Assembly: GCF_036321535.1 (NCBI RefSeq) | Contig: NC_087458.1 | Span: 3,472,001-3,536,000 of the forward strand | Source: Camelus dromedarius | Taxonomy: Eukaryota | Direction: 5' to 3' | DNA: 64,000 nt | In this document: positions 1 to 13,570 of the stretch, one piece after another | Layout: every line of letters starts with the position of its first letter | How positions within the stretch are numbered: the first letter of the stretch is position 1 | Position numbers and translations under genes: made by a program | Notes under the pieces: generated by a model | Told to the model about the DNA's origin: nothing | The model's database searches: none | The model's input: only the letters and a program-made list of their open reading frames with translations

Positions 1-49
1 AGAGCAAATGTGTTTTTCTGCCCTGAAGCAACTGAAGGAGAGGAAGACA

Positions 50-602
50 TTACAGGAGAGGAAAAAAAAATTTCCCTCTACCCTTCCGAGTTCTGAGCTG
101 AAATTCTTGTAGTAAAAGACAGAGCAACAAGAGAAAAGCAAACAGAAGTTTATTAACATGTATACCTTATGCATACATGGGAGATACTTGGCAAAAAATG
201 AGTAGCTCCTCAAAGTGGCTTAGAATTCAGACTTAAATACCATCTTCATGGGGAAAGGGGAGAGATCATGTAGGCCTCTTGGGGAGAGTAAATGATATTT
301 AGGAAAGATGAATGGGCCCTTAGAAAAGATGAAAGGTATGACAGTTTGTGACAAAGTTTGTCTGAGTGTGGTGTTGACTTCTAGCCTCCTCTCCTGTGAC
401 AAGAGTCAATCTTCCCTGGTTGATGAAACCACCTGGGAACGGGATTCCTGTCAATAGAGTTCCTTTCTGAGGATCTGTCTTTAGGCAGAGGACTTCAAAG
501 AAAGCCTGCCCCTGCATTTGCTGTTTTTCAAAGTACTACAGCTCAAAATAACCAATACACCAAGGCAGCGTATTTTGAGGCGGCTTATGCTCCTACCCTC
601 CA
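50..602. mobile_element. ERV1-class solo LTR, MER34/MER39-like (boundaries approximate)
   Basis: Motifs agaagtttattaacatg, gtttgtgacaaagtttgtctg, cagctcaaaataaccaat and gtattttgaggcggc; clearly homologous to 32709-33256. Family name from recall. Confidence 0.6.
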
Positions 603-1761
603 GAAACTATTGTGAATTCCAGGGCGTTGATTTAGGTATGTGATCATGATGACAGCATTCAGTGAGCAGAGAGAGAACCCCTGTGTTTATGGAGTGGGAG
701 GGAGGAGAATGTATTCCCTCGGCCCCCAGGAGAGCCATACCTTGGAGATTTTAAGTTTAATCTTTGGAGATTCTGAATTTTGAGTTTAAAATGTCCAAAG
801 AACACCCAGGAGGAGCTACATGTCTGGAGCCCAGAAGTCTGGATAAAGCTATAGATTTAGGATTATTACCATATAGAAAGTAGAGCTAAAGGAGAGATGA
901 AAGAAGGCACATAAGATTTTTTAAAAATAATAAACATGTCTCAGAAAAAATATAATTTTTTTTGATGCAGAAACCACATCTCCTGTATTCTTCTGCAGAA
1001 GGCCCAGGTAATGAACATGCTATCAGTAAGGACTCCAACCAATTTCATAAGGCAGCTTCTGGTAATGACTCTCAGTATGAAGCAGATGTCCTCTTGTGAA
1101 ACCCAACTCAGCAAACTTTGTTAGCTCCACGTGGGCCTCAATGGGGACACTAATCTGGGCACTGAATCCTGGCTGAAAACATGGTCTAATTTAGAGGATC
1201 TGTAGAAACGGCGAATACGCTTCAGTCTTCTTTCTGTACGTATTGCTTCCTTCAGCAGAGCTCTACATGACCGTGCACTGGACCCACTGCCCTCCGTGGG
1301 AAGGCTGGGCAGTACCGTGAGAACAGCTCTCCTAGGATATGGTTTCTCCTGGGTGAGGAGCAATTAAAACAGAGACGAGACTCGGGAATCGTGGCGGTCT
1401 CCCCGCTTCCCTCTCCACACACATCCCAGCTGCCGCTGCTCTTGAACTCGCCTCCTGGGTCTGTCAGTCTAATTATGGGAACTCCATTGCTGCAGTTGTA
1501 TGTAACCATCGCCCCGAAGCCTGGGATCCTTCTGTGGGGGTTAGAGCCGGCGGCACGCTCTCTTCTTCCCGTCTCTGGATTCTACTTGCTCTTCTGGTCT
1601 TCCCCACTAAGACCTTTCTTATTAATCTAAATTTAATGTTTTCTCCATCCACAGATGGAGAGAGACAGAGGCAGAAACAGCGGCAGAATCCAGAAGTTTG
1701 GATCCGAATTCTCCCCGGGACTCTGGCAAATAGATTTTTTTTTTTTTTTTAAGGTAAGAGT

Positions 1762-2518
<757 letters not shown>

Positions 2519-2553
2519 GCTGCCCCTTCTGAGCTACGTGTGACAATCTCAAA

Positions 2554-2569
2554 GGCCCTTCTTAGGGCC
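2554..2569 (+). terminator. Histone 3' stem-loop of H4
   Basis: ggccct-tctt-agggcc, followed by a purine-rich HDE (agaggagctg). Confidence 0.93.
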
Positions 2570-2880
2570 AACCACACAGTCATTAGAGGAGCTGGACACC
2601 TGCTGAAAGTAGAGGTAAATTTATGTTTGGCTGTTGGCTGGAGTAGGGGTCAGAAGTTTGGGAGGCAGTGATTCCCCAAACCGCTGAGAGCCTTGAAGAC
2701 CAATGCCAGTTACCAAAAGCTGCCTTTCACCAGTCGGCCTTCACTGTTACCAACCTGAAGGGCTATCATACTCCAGATATAAGTCACTTCTTGGTTTGCT
2801 TTTGAGTGTGCTGTCATTTGTGGCCGTTGGACCAGGCTGTGGGAAGTACTCTGGGCTTCACTTCCCACCCTTGCAAAGGA

Positions 2881-2909
2881 GGGGAGGGGAGGGGAGGGGA
2901 GGGGAGGGG
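2881..2909 (+). repeat. (GGGGA)5GGGG simple repeat
   Basis: Read directly. Confidence 0.9.
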
Positions 2910-4357
2910 TTAGCTGGGCAGCTTGATGGCTGAGTTCACATTGGATGTTCTGACATTAAGAGCCCCACCTGAAAAGGTGCAAGAGCACTAGTAAAACCAA
3001 GTCCAGCCACCAACTATTCAAAAATGAGGTAAATTAGGTCAGAGGTGAGCTCATTGATGCTGATTTAAAATATGCCTGATGAATTATTTGGCCAATGTAT
3101 GAAAAGTACTCTTGGTTCCCTTTTTCATGCTAAATTAAAAGGCCCTTCACAATTACCTGTTGAGAGTATTGTGTGTGTGTGTGTACCAGCTTCAAGGGAG
3201 AATTTAGTCAAGGACCTATGAGACATGAGATCCGTCTTTCAGTGACAACATTGCAAAGATAACCGATGCAGAAGAAACAAGTATGAACCTTCTATAAAAG
3301 CTGAGCAAACTAGAATCTTACTGTCATGAAAGCAAGCAAGTCTTCAAGAAACAGCTCAGGCATGTCACTGTTCTGTTAGGTCCTGCTGTAATTAAGAATA
3401 AGAGACTGGCAGAAACATACCCACCATCAGTACAGAAAGCACAGTTTAGTTTTTGACAAGGCAGAAGCAAATCATCCTATAACACCATGGTAAAAAAAAT
3501 TTATAGTAAGCCATTCTCTATGCTACCATTTCTAAATTGCCCTGATGAGGGTTGAAATGTAGGTCCGTACCTCTCATCTTTGAACCAATTATAGTTTTGC
3601 AGGCTTAGGATTTTACAGCTAAATCTGGCTGTGTATGTAGCCAAGAAGAAATTCTAGAGAAGAAATTCAGCTCCCAAGAGGTAAGTCAGCTGTTGCTTTA
3701 TCGGTCTCCACACTTGGTAGCTCTCATTATTATCAAATACTTGAGGGTGAACTAGGTTTAAAACATGGTGCTTACCAATGGAGACCCTAGAAAGTCAAAG
3801 GTTGTGAGACTTGCCCTCTAGGAGCTTACTATCAGAATGGGGAGGAAAATAATGTCTAAAATACATGCGTGCATGCGTACATACTTATATGCACAGCTCA
3901 GTAGTACATGGTGGCATATATTCAGTATGAGAAATGCAGATGAGAATTACTATGAATCCTAACACCACGGAAGTCACTGGCTGCTGGGAAGTGGGCAAGC
4001 TTGGCAGTCGAGAGGCTTGTGTCAGGCTGTGAAGGAGCAGAACACCTGGCATCCTAGTAAGACATACAGTAAAGGGGAGCGGGAGGATCCGGAAGGGAGT
4101 GGCAAGAATACATTTGTGAAGATGTGCAAGGTGAGAAATAAGAGGATGTTCAAGGTGTTTCATCTTCCCTTTAAATTAAAATATCACCTGCAACTGATGG
4201 CATTTAGATTTCAAATATCATTTTTTTTTTAAATTAAAGGCAATGCAGATTGTATATATTTGATCCTTAATGAGACACTCTGGAGAAGGAGATATCAAAA
4301 GTTGGAAGAGAAACCAAAGAATAATGGAAGGGGGGAGGGAACATGTCCATTGTCTAA

Positions 4358-4547
4358 ATTAGTGGTTCTCAAAGTGTAGTCTCTAATCCAGGAGCATTAG
4401 ATCACCTAGGAACTTGTTAGAAAAGCAAAATCTTGAACCTACTCCAGACCTATTGCATGAGAAGCTCACAGGGGTGAGACCTAGAAATTTGTGTTTTAAC
4501 AAACCCTCCACTTGGTTCTGATACACATTAAAGTTTGAGAATGGTCT
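4358..4547. mobile_element. MER5A-like hAT-Charlie DNA transposon
   Basis: agtggttctcaaagtgt...cacctaggaacttgttagaaa...aaagtttgagaa. Confidence 0.75.
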
Positions 4548-7500
4548 CAGTAACAGTGTTTTTTTAATCAAAACTATTTGGAATCTGAATACATATGCCC
4601 TAACTTACCTACCGTAATGTTAAGTTTTGCTTTCTTTATGGAAAAAAAATTAGGTGAATGATTCTAATAAATTTTTTGTAGGATAAAATATTACAGGAGG
4701 AAAAAGGTAAAATAGCTTATTTCCTCAAAGCATCTAGGGCAAAAAAAAAAAAAAGGATGTATGAATAAAAAATATAGTCAGCTTGTTTAACTAAATATTA
4801 TTGTTTTGTATTTTTAACAATATTGAATTTCATAGTCAATGGATATGTTTCTTTTCTCTTCCTAAATTTCTCCAAGATCTTGTCCTTTAACTATTAATTT
4901 TTCATCTTCTTTATAGTGACTTTAACAGTGATCCTTATTCCCACCTTGTCTACTCCACAAAATACTTTTATCATAGGGCATGACTGAATCCTCTGATAGC
5001 CATATCCAGCCTCTGAATATTGCCAAATTATAGAATACGCATTGTGCATTTTTGTGTTAATAAATGGCTTTTTTGTTGTTGTTGTTCTTAACTATCTGTA
5101 ACAGTGAGGAATATAATGCTATTTCATCTCTGATTTGCTAACAAAATACTTTCCTTCCCATTTCTACCCATAAGTCACTCACGTGCTCTCTGTAAGCCAG
5201 CCCTGGTTGCCAACACTTTCCCTCCATGGGTGAATTCAGGATTTCCACTAGAATACACGTGTACAAATTGTTCTCATCCAGTCTGCACATCTACTTCCAT
5301 TACTCCGGTCATAGAGGCACTTAAGTGTCCCACTGGCTAATCAGGCTTCACAGTAGACCAGTCTGAAGCCTTATCTTTCCTCTCCAGGCTCCCTACTTCT
5401 CTGAATAACAGCATTATCCTCTTGAAGGCTAGATGCTCCTGTCATCTTTCGGGACATTCTTATTTTCTTCCTTTGAAATCTTTTACTCTGAACTTTATAT
5501 TGTAGCTATTGATATACATGTTATTTCTCTACTTGAGCCAAAAGAATTGAATTGTCATTAATGCAGAATACTACTAGTATATACAAATATATATGGATGT
5601 ATAGAGAATTATCAACAAGAACGTTCACAAAAATTTAAGAGTGATTTATAGGTGTTGATTTTTGTTACATTTATAGAGTACTTTTGAACTGTTCAGAAGT
5701 TTAAAAATAAGCATGTACAATTTCCCCCAAAAAGGTGATAGACAGATAGATAGATAGACAGACAGACATAGGGAGATAATCTGGGCTATATGAACCATGG
5801 AAAATCTTAACTTTGTCAAAGTTCAATTTTCTCATCTTTAGTGTGGCTGAGAATTCCTGCCTTTCTCACAGGAGTACTTCAAGGATCAAAGAAAAATACT
5901 CTGTGTAAGACTAAAGTAAAATCTTTCTATGTGAAAGCTTTATAGTGACAAAGAAACCAAAGTTGATGTATTTATTGCCTATTTCACCCAATCTAGCTCT
6001 TCCATGCTCCATAGTCCCTGGGGAAGAGAGGGAGTCAGTATAGCCAAAATTTAGAGAACAAAGGAGACAGTGGGTAAAGGTGACTATGAACAGGTTGGCA
6101 GGGCCAGATTTTTTCAGAATTAGACCAGAAAAATGTAAAATCTTCAAGAACCAAAGAGACTCCCCAGCTGACTTGACTGTTATAATGTGTTAAATGTATT
6201 ATTTAAGAATATTCAATTATTCTATAGAAAATAGGAGGAATAGACAAATAAAGAGAAGTTCCTTGTAGATAATAAGTAAGCACAGCCTGTGAGAGAGGGT
6301 AGACTTAACTAAACAGAGCATCTTCCAACATAGATATAGGAAGGGGTGGAGGACCAAGTAAGCACCATGTCAAATACACGTGAGGTACCTGAGGTACCCA
6401 GTGTTTACGTCTTCTATCAGTCATCCATTGGTGACAACCACTGTTGCCTATATTGTCCTCTGCATGCTAAACACAGAGAAATCCATAGCTATTCAGCAGG
6501 TTATTGGTGAATTACAACTATGGCCAGGCATACTTGCCCCTGTGTCTCACTGATCAAGCAAGTGTAAACTGGCTTCAGGCACCTTCTATCTGCTGAGTCC
6601 CCTTGCCCACTTCCATTTCTAGTCCTTTTAAATGCAGCATCAGTGGGGAAGGCTAACGCCCTAGAGCAAGACATGACAGAACACCATGTAACCCAGGAGT
6701 GGATTCTGTGTTGTACTTCCCCCATCACCACACTCTGTTCTAAGTGTGTTAACTTCACTCACCACTTTCGCCTTGATCCTTGTTTTATGTTTTAAATGGA
6801 CTCAGTTAACTGTGTGATTTGAACATCTTCATTTGGCCTATGAGCCTTTCTGTTCAGTGAACTCTGGGATTTCTTATCTGGTGATAGAAGACTATGATTA
6901 CAACAACGTACTTTCTTATCACAACAACCTTATTATAGAAGAGGGCTGGAAATAAGGTGAGGGGGTTGGGGGAGGAGAGAACATGGGGTTGTGACCATCC
7001 AGGTACCAGATGGTACCCTAAGCATATCTAGTTCTTGCAATGAGGCAGCCTTTAAAGTGAAATGGTATCCTGGCTGAATAATGGCAGCCACTGAGGTCAT
7101 CTTCCTCCATGCTTTTCCCAGCTTTCTGACAGCAGTTTGGCTTCCCAGATAGATTTGCCTGCAGGGAGTTAATGGGCTGATGAGTTACATTTCTCGTTGG
7201 AAATTAAGAGCATGAGTTCTGGAACCAGACTATTCAGGTTAGGATCTTAACATCCCATTTACTAACAGTGAAACCTGGGGGAAATTCCTTAATCTCTGAG
7301 CCTCATTTTCTTTATCAGTAGCATTACGATGAAAAGAATACCTATTGTATCAAGCTTTTATGCGAGTAACATGTATTAATATTTATAAAGCAATAAGCAC
7401 TGTGAAATTCAATAAATGCTAATTCCTATGAATGATAGCAATTATTACTGGGGGTTATGAATCTGTCCCTTGAGAGTCTGGTCAGTGGGATCTAGTCCCT

Positions 7501-10389
7501 CAGAGCTCACCACCCCTGGCTTATCAACAAAATGAAATTTCTGAGCCTACAGAGCCAAGGACCAGAGGCTGGAAGGGAGTGAGCATGGGTATAATGTCCT
7601 GTGTGAGTGGCCAGCAATTCATTTCCTTCACTGCTGCTTCACGATGCAATAAGACTGAATGCAACAACTTCCCAACCATTAAAGACAAAATCCAGGTAGC
7701 AAAGGAAGAGAAAAGGGGGGAAAGATCAACCAAAGAAACACAAACCCCAAATCAAAACCTGGCTGAGGAAAATTCAGTCAGGAGCTCAAAGTTTAGCTCT
7801 GAGCAGGGACTCCTATGGGCCGGAGAGGGCCCACTGCCTTAAGAAAGAAAGTTTGCAAGATCAGAAAACACTTCACATTTTGCTCACCTGGTCTAGGAGG
7901 GAGCATGAGATTCAGAACTAAATAATAAACCAACCAAATTTAAAAGTTTCCCAATGTCCAGAGCCAGTTGTACCAAAACTCTGGGAGGCCAATTTAGTAA
8001 TACCTATCAAAATAACCATTCAGATATACGGAAAATGAGCCCCAAGTTATACGTACAAGGATAATAACTCGTGACGGTGTTTTCAGTAGCAAAAATCTGG
8101 AAAACAAGTATCAATATGACTTTATGTAAATAAAGACACATCCATTAAATGTAAACTGTGTATTCCTTAAAAAGAACAAAGAAGATTGATACAGAGGCAT
8201 TTTTATATCTATAAAGTTGATATAGAGTGACTTCATATATAAACATAAATATACATGTATATAAAGATCCCCCCCTTTGCTTTTTTACTTTTATATAAAA
8301 TATATGTATACATTTTTTACTTATATATTTCACTTATATATAAAATATGTATATTAAGTGAATTAAAAACAAAAGGCAGGACAGTGTGTCTTCCATGTAA
8401 ATTGTCATATAAAAACATTGGTAAATAAATAGAACATTTTTCTGGAAGTACATAAGAAACTTGTAACAGTTGTTACCATTATGAAGAGGAAATGAAGTAG
8501 GAGCCTGGGAAGAAGAGGATTTTGCTTTTCTTTTTATTCCTTTCAGTTCTGTTGGATTTGCTCTCAAGTCAAGTCTCACTTTTATTGTATGTGTGCATCA
8601 ACAGAAGTAATCTAGACAGTAGGATTATGAGCCATTTTGTTTTTCCATTTTAAATCTTTATTATAAAAAATGCTCAATGTTTTAAAAACATAGGAGGGTG
8701 GATAAACCATCTCAAAACGCCTAGCCTGGTGCCTGGCACATGGTAGACAACACATATTAGGTAAGTCTTTAAAAAGAGAGTTTTATAAATTGAAAAAGAA
8801 AAGAATTCACTAAACAGGTGTCTCTGTTTCAGCAGGCGTTCCCCTGGGTGAAATCCCACGCCCATCTTGGTGTGTGTGTGTTTGTTTTGCCTTGTTTGTT
8901 AATGAGGCCTGATGATAGGTTGCTTCTCCGCTGGGCTAACCACACCCTAAAGGGCTGAACCTTGGAGAACCTTGAAACTAGGCAGAGACTGGACACAACA
9001 GAATAAAACCTGGAGTTGTTGGTTGATCCCGAAGCAAGTTGAGACTGATATTTTGAGAAGGTTAGTCTGGCTGAGCTGTGCACAGAGGACTGAACGCCAA
9101 AGAATTAAAACTAAAACCAGTTGGGGGGCTGCTATGAGCTATATAGGGCCCTGAACAAGAATGGTGGCAGCAAAAAGCAAACAAACATACAAACAAAAAT
9201 TTTAAAAAATAATAATAAAAAAATGGTGGCAGCAGGACTGAAGGTTGGAAAAATCGATGGAGATGGAAGGAGGCACAGAAATCTCTGGTTTCTCTAAACT
9301 TGAAATGGTCACTGGGGCTGAATTTAGATGTCTCCCTTCAATTTGAGGCAATTTTGAAACTAAAGAGTAATGAGGAATAGTTCCCATCTGTTGAATATCT
9401 ACTATGTACAACTTAATATAGTTTGCATAGTTTACAAATCTTCAGAACAGCCCCAAAAGGTAATTAGCACCATGTTACAAAGCAAGAAACTGATGTTCAT
9501 ACAGTTTAAATAACTTGGCGTTCTCTGATACACTATGAGTCTCCAGAATCTTACTAAAATACTGGTCTAAATTTTTTAAATCACAAATAATCTGAGGATC
9601 TTTAATACATTTGCTATACTTGTTTAATAGAACTATACAATATCGGTGCTGAAAAGGACCCAGGAAATCATGTGGTCCAATTTCCTCATAATGTTCCTTC
9701 TGGTTTCAGGACAAAACTCTAGCTTCCCTTCCCCACCAGATCCCTCCCTAAGTGGTGTAGATGTTCCTCAGAGGCCTGTCCTTTGGGCCATCCCTTTATA
9801 AGCTCTTCCCAGGGACTCCCAGGGGTTCCTCTAGCTCTTCTGGGCAAACAAGGAAATCCAGCTGGGTCTCTACACTCCCAGCTGCCTGAAGGCCATGGCC
9901 ATTGGCCTCTCCGCTTCGATACCTCTGTCCCAGTGTGGCCTGAACTCCTCAGCAGCAGTCCCTCCCAGGCTGCCTTTCCTGTGAGAGTGGCATCGTCTCC
10001 CAGTCACTCAGCAAGAAGGGCTCGAGACACCTTTGATTGCTTTCGGCTGCAACAACCTCCTACCCCTTCCCCCACCCAGGTTCAGGGGGTCTTCCACACG
10101 CCATGACGTCAAAACCTCCCCCCCAGCTCGTTGCTGTGGCTGCTTCCTTCGTGCTCAACCCTCAGCCGCTCTCACCTGCTACGTCCCTGAGGCCTGGGAC
10201 TCGGCCTCCTGCCTCGGATGCTGCTCACTTCTCACTCCTTTCCTCCCCAAGATTAGCCTCCTTTACACACAGCTCTGATTATGTTACCCACCTGCTTCAG
10301 GCCCTGTCCAGTTTTGGTTTTCCTCGCTTTTCTAATTTTCTTTTATCCTCATTTCCCTATCTTTTCCCCATTCTCCCTCACAGAAAACC

Positions 10390-10856
10390 ATTCTGGTATG
10401 TTTAAAGTCTCTTTATTTCTGTATATGATTGCAAAATACATTCATGTGTTTTGAATTTTCATAAATAATATTTTTAAATCTCATTCCCTTTATTGCCTCA
10501 TTTCCCTCAGAATTATGTGTTTAAGTTCTGTCCTTATAGTTACGTGTCCATGTAATCCACTGTCTCTCATTGCTGCAGAGGACACTGTGGAGCGTATTCA
10601 CCACATTTTCTCTGCTCACACTCTCAGTGATGAATGCCCACATTGTTTCTAATGCTCCATCATACTTGTCAGGTTCCCTGAGAGAACATGTGAGAATTTC
10701 TTTTGGATAAATACCCAGAAACAGAATTGCTGGTTCCTATGATGTGTAACCTTAACTGGCCTCAGAAGTACCAGGCTTCTCTCCAGAATGGCTGCCCTAG
10801 GCCACACCCCACCAGCTGTGCACCAACCTTCTAAGCCCTCCAACCTGACCAACACT
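10390..10856 (-). mobile_element. Old L1 (L1M-type) fragment, resumes at about 11271-11360 after the LTR insertion
   Basis: Antisense L1 motifs (ataaatacccagaaacagaattgctggttcctatgat ... ccaacact|tagcattatt ... aagtggtacctc). Confidence 0.6.
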
Positions 10857-11266
10857 TGTTATGGAAATGACAGGCCAGCCAAGAAACAAGCACCTCTCGG
10901 ATGGTTGGAGTACTCAGATTTATTACCCCGGCGGGCTCAGAGGGGCTTCTGCTCCGAAGCTCTGAGCACCTCCAAGATGTGTGCATGGGGTTTTATAGGG
11001 TTAATTACAAGCCTGGGGGCTGTTAGCCAATAAGGCTCGAACAGCAAAACCAAGGAATCAGCACACTGGAACTTATCTATTAGGAACAGATCACGTTACT
11101 GACACTTGTTGAGCTTGGATTTACGAGTTAGCTTGTTAGCCCAGTAAACTGACACTAAACTTCAGATTTACGAGTTAGCCCAGCAGAACTTCGATCAGTA
11201 AACCGACACTTATTACACTTAGATTTACGAGTTAGCTTGTTAGCCCAGCCCGGCTTTTCCTTCACA
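10857..11266 (-). mobile_element. Young solo ERV LTR (410 bp)
   Basis: TG...CA termini, perfect 4-bp TSD cact/cact, minus-strand TATA (cctataaaa) and AATAAA, many retained CpGs, internal repeats. Confidence 0.8.
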
Positions 11267-12309
11267 CACTTAGCATTATTCGGCTTTCCATGATTTGCCA
11301 GAGTACCCAGCATAAAGTGGTACCTCCTTATTGCTTTCCTTTTAGTACTAGTATTTATGAGCATTTCTACAAATGTTTTTTTCTTCCTCTTCTTTAATCC
11401 TTTCCCCTACACTCTTCACAGATTAAAATCTACCCCTCTCCAATTTGGCATTTTAAGTCCCCCAGTAAGCTGGCCTCAAAGGCCCCACCACTGAAAAGTC
11501 ATTTGCCATTCCTGGTCTTGGTCCTCCCTGTGGCCTGGCCACCACTCATAATTCTCCTTACCTTTTTCTGGTTCCCTGCCCCATCCCAAGTTCTCCTACA
11601 AGAAGAGCTCTTGAGTCCCTCAGTTAGAATTGTCCTTTCCCTCTGAACTTCCAGATAATTCATCTGCACCTTTCTCTGCCACCTTTCACATGTGCCTTCA
11701 TTATAGTGCATGTCTTCTCACAGAGCCTGAAGACCTGGTTCCCATTTCTGCAAACTCATATACATGTCTCCAGCTGTGAAGAATTGCCAGGCTTCTTTGA
11801 ACAAAACAAAGAATTTTTAATTGTGAGGTGATTTTACTTTATTCTTTGTAATTTTCTCTACTGCAGTAGTTTTCATTTGCAGGTTGTAACCCATGAGCAG
11901 GTGGTAAAATCAACTTAAAGAATGGGAGCCAGTATCTTTTATTAATGAAATAGAGAAGGATTGAAAATATCCAAGGTGCAACCCAAGTGAAAAAAAATCC
12001 TTTTGTATAACTTGTTTCATTTTAGATACCTGTGAATGTGCAGCAGGTAGTAATGTAAAATTATATCTTACTATAGTTTGGAGACAGAAGAAATCAGAGC
12101 TGTTATACAGATATAGTGATACTGTATCTCTGTGTGTAACTATTGTGTGTATTGTTTTCTTCTGAAGCAGTGAATCTAATACAAAAAGAAAAGCAAAACA
12201 CAAGACCCAGGCTCAAGCTCTACCTCTGCTGTCTTCTGCTTATGTAACCCAAATCCCCAGGCGTCTCACCCTCAGCAGGTTTAATTTCTCAACTATTCAA
12301 CAGAAATTT

Positions 12310-12655
12310 ATTTTTTTATTGACATATAGCTGATTTATCATGTGTTAGTTTCAGGTATACAGCATACTGATTCCATTTTATATATATATACATACATGTG
12401 TGTGTGTATATATATATAACTGAATATATATATAGCTATATAACTGAATATATATATTCTTTTTCAGATTCTTTTCCATTATAGTTTATTACAAATATTG
12501 AATATAGTTCCCTGTGCCATACAATAGGTCCTTGTTGTTTATCTATTTTATATATAGCAGTGTATATTTTTAACCCCAAACTGCTAATTTATCCCTCCCT
12601 GCCCCATTTCCCCTTTGGTAACCTTAAGATTGTTTTCTATGTCTGTGAGTCTATT
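12310..12655 (-). mobile_element. L1 3' end with 14-bp TSD
   Basis: Antisense L1 3'UTR; TSD ttcaacagaaattt at 12296-12309 and 12656-12669. Confidence 0.85.
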
Positions 12656-13126
12656 TTCAACAGAAATTTTAAAAGCCCTTCCTCCCTTTCAGGGCTATTG
12701 TGAAACTGGATGCAAGAAGGTGAGTAAAAGATGAGCCATAAGCCATCTAGGAACCTGGGTATTCTTACTGCCTGGACCACACAGTCTAGAAGCTGGGCAT
12801 GTGTTGAAAATTATTCACCAATTTGTGTGTGTGTGTGTGTGTGTGCGTCATTCTTTTTTTTTCCATGACATGATTTTAATTGAGACTTACATCAATTCAT
12901 ATTAATGTCACTAATATTTACATCATCGATATAGCAATCATGCTACCAATATTGCTTTATGACTGTAAGTAAGGCTCTGTTCTAAGCACTTTGTGTGGGC
13001 TACATTATCTCTGTTCATCCTCACAGCAATCCTGAAGTGGGTGCAATTATGATCCTGCTTTACACATGACGAAGTGGAGATATTCTTCTCTTTGGAGCCC
13101 TTTCTTGGTTAAGGGTCAGGATCCCT

Positions 13127-13570
13127 TGTCGGTGGTGCGACATCATGTACACACAAACACCATGCAGAGAGAAGCAAAAAGTTCTCTATTTATTGATTCT
13201 TAGAAAAGGATTTATATAGAACATGCATGGTGCCTCGCATAGCATCTAAGTTATAACAATGTTAATAATTTTAAGCTAGTTAGGTTCCCAGGCTCCTGCA
13301 GTAAGCACAGGATGTTACATGATCAAGGACAGATTGTTTTAAAGTTTGTCACAAGACTTCATTAAGTAGGCCATCTCTTGTCCAGCCGGCTGTGCTTGTC
13401 TTAGGTTGTCCTCATCTGAGGCTCTTACCCGTCATTGGCTTTGCAGCCGTCCATACTGGATACATTAAATAGGCCATCTCTTATCCAGCCAGCTACGTGA
13501 CATTTCTCACAGCTTGTTTATCAGTTCAGCCCATGGCTTATTCTCTAGAGCCTTCAGGCGGGGGCCTACA
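13127..13570 (-). mobile_element. Probable solo ERV LTR (about 444 bp)
   Basis: tgtcgg...gcctaca termini, imperfect TSD tccct/gccct, minus-strand AATAAA and TATA-like motifs, internal direct repeat taggccatctctt(g/a)tccagcc. Confidence 0.55.

Noticed and set aside
2554-2569. H4 stem-loop with TCTT loop (also TTTT and TTTA loops in H2AC20/21)
   Set aside because: All fit the U-Y-U-N loop consensus with perfect stems.
11118-11247. Spaced short direct repeats resembling a CRISPR array
   Set aside because: Three irregular copies inside a TSD-bounded LTR in a mammalian genome; these are U3 repeats.
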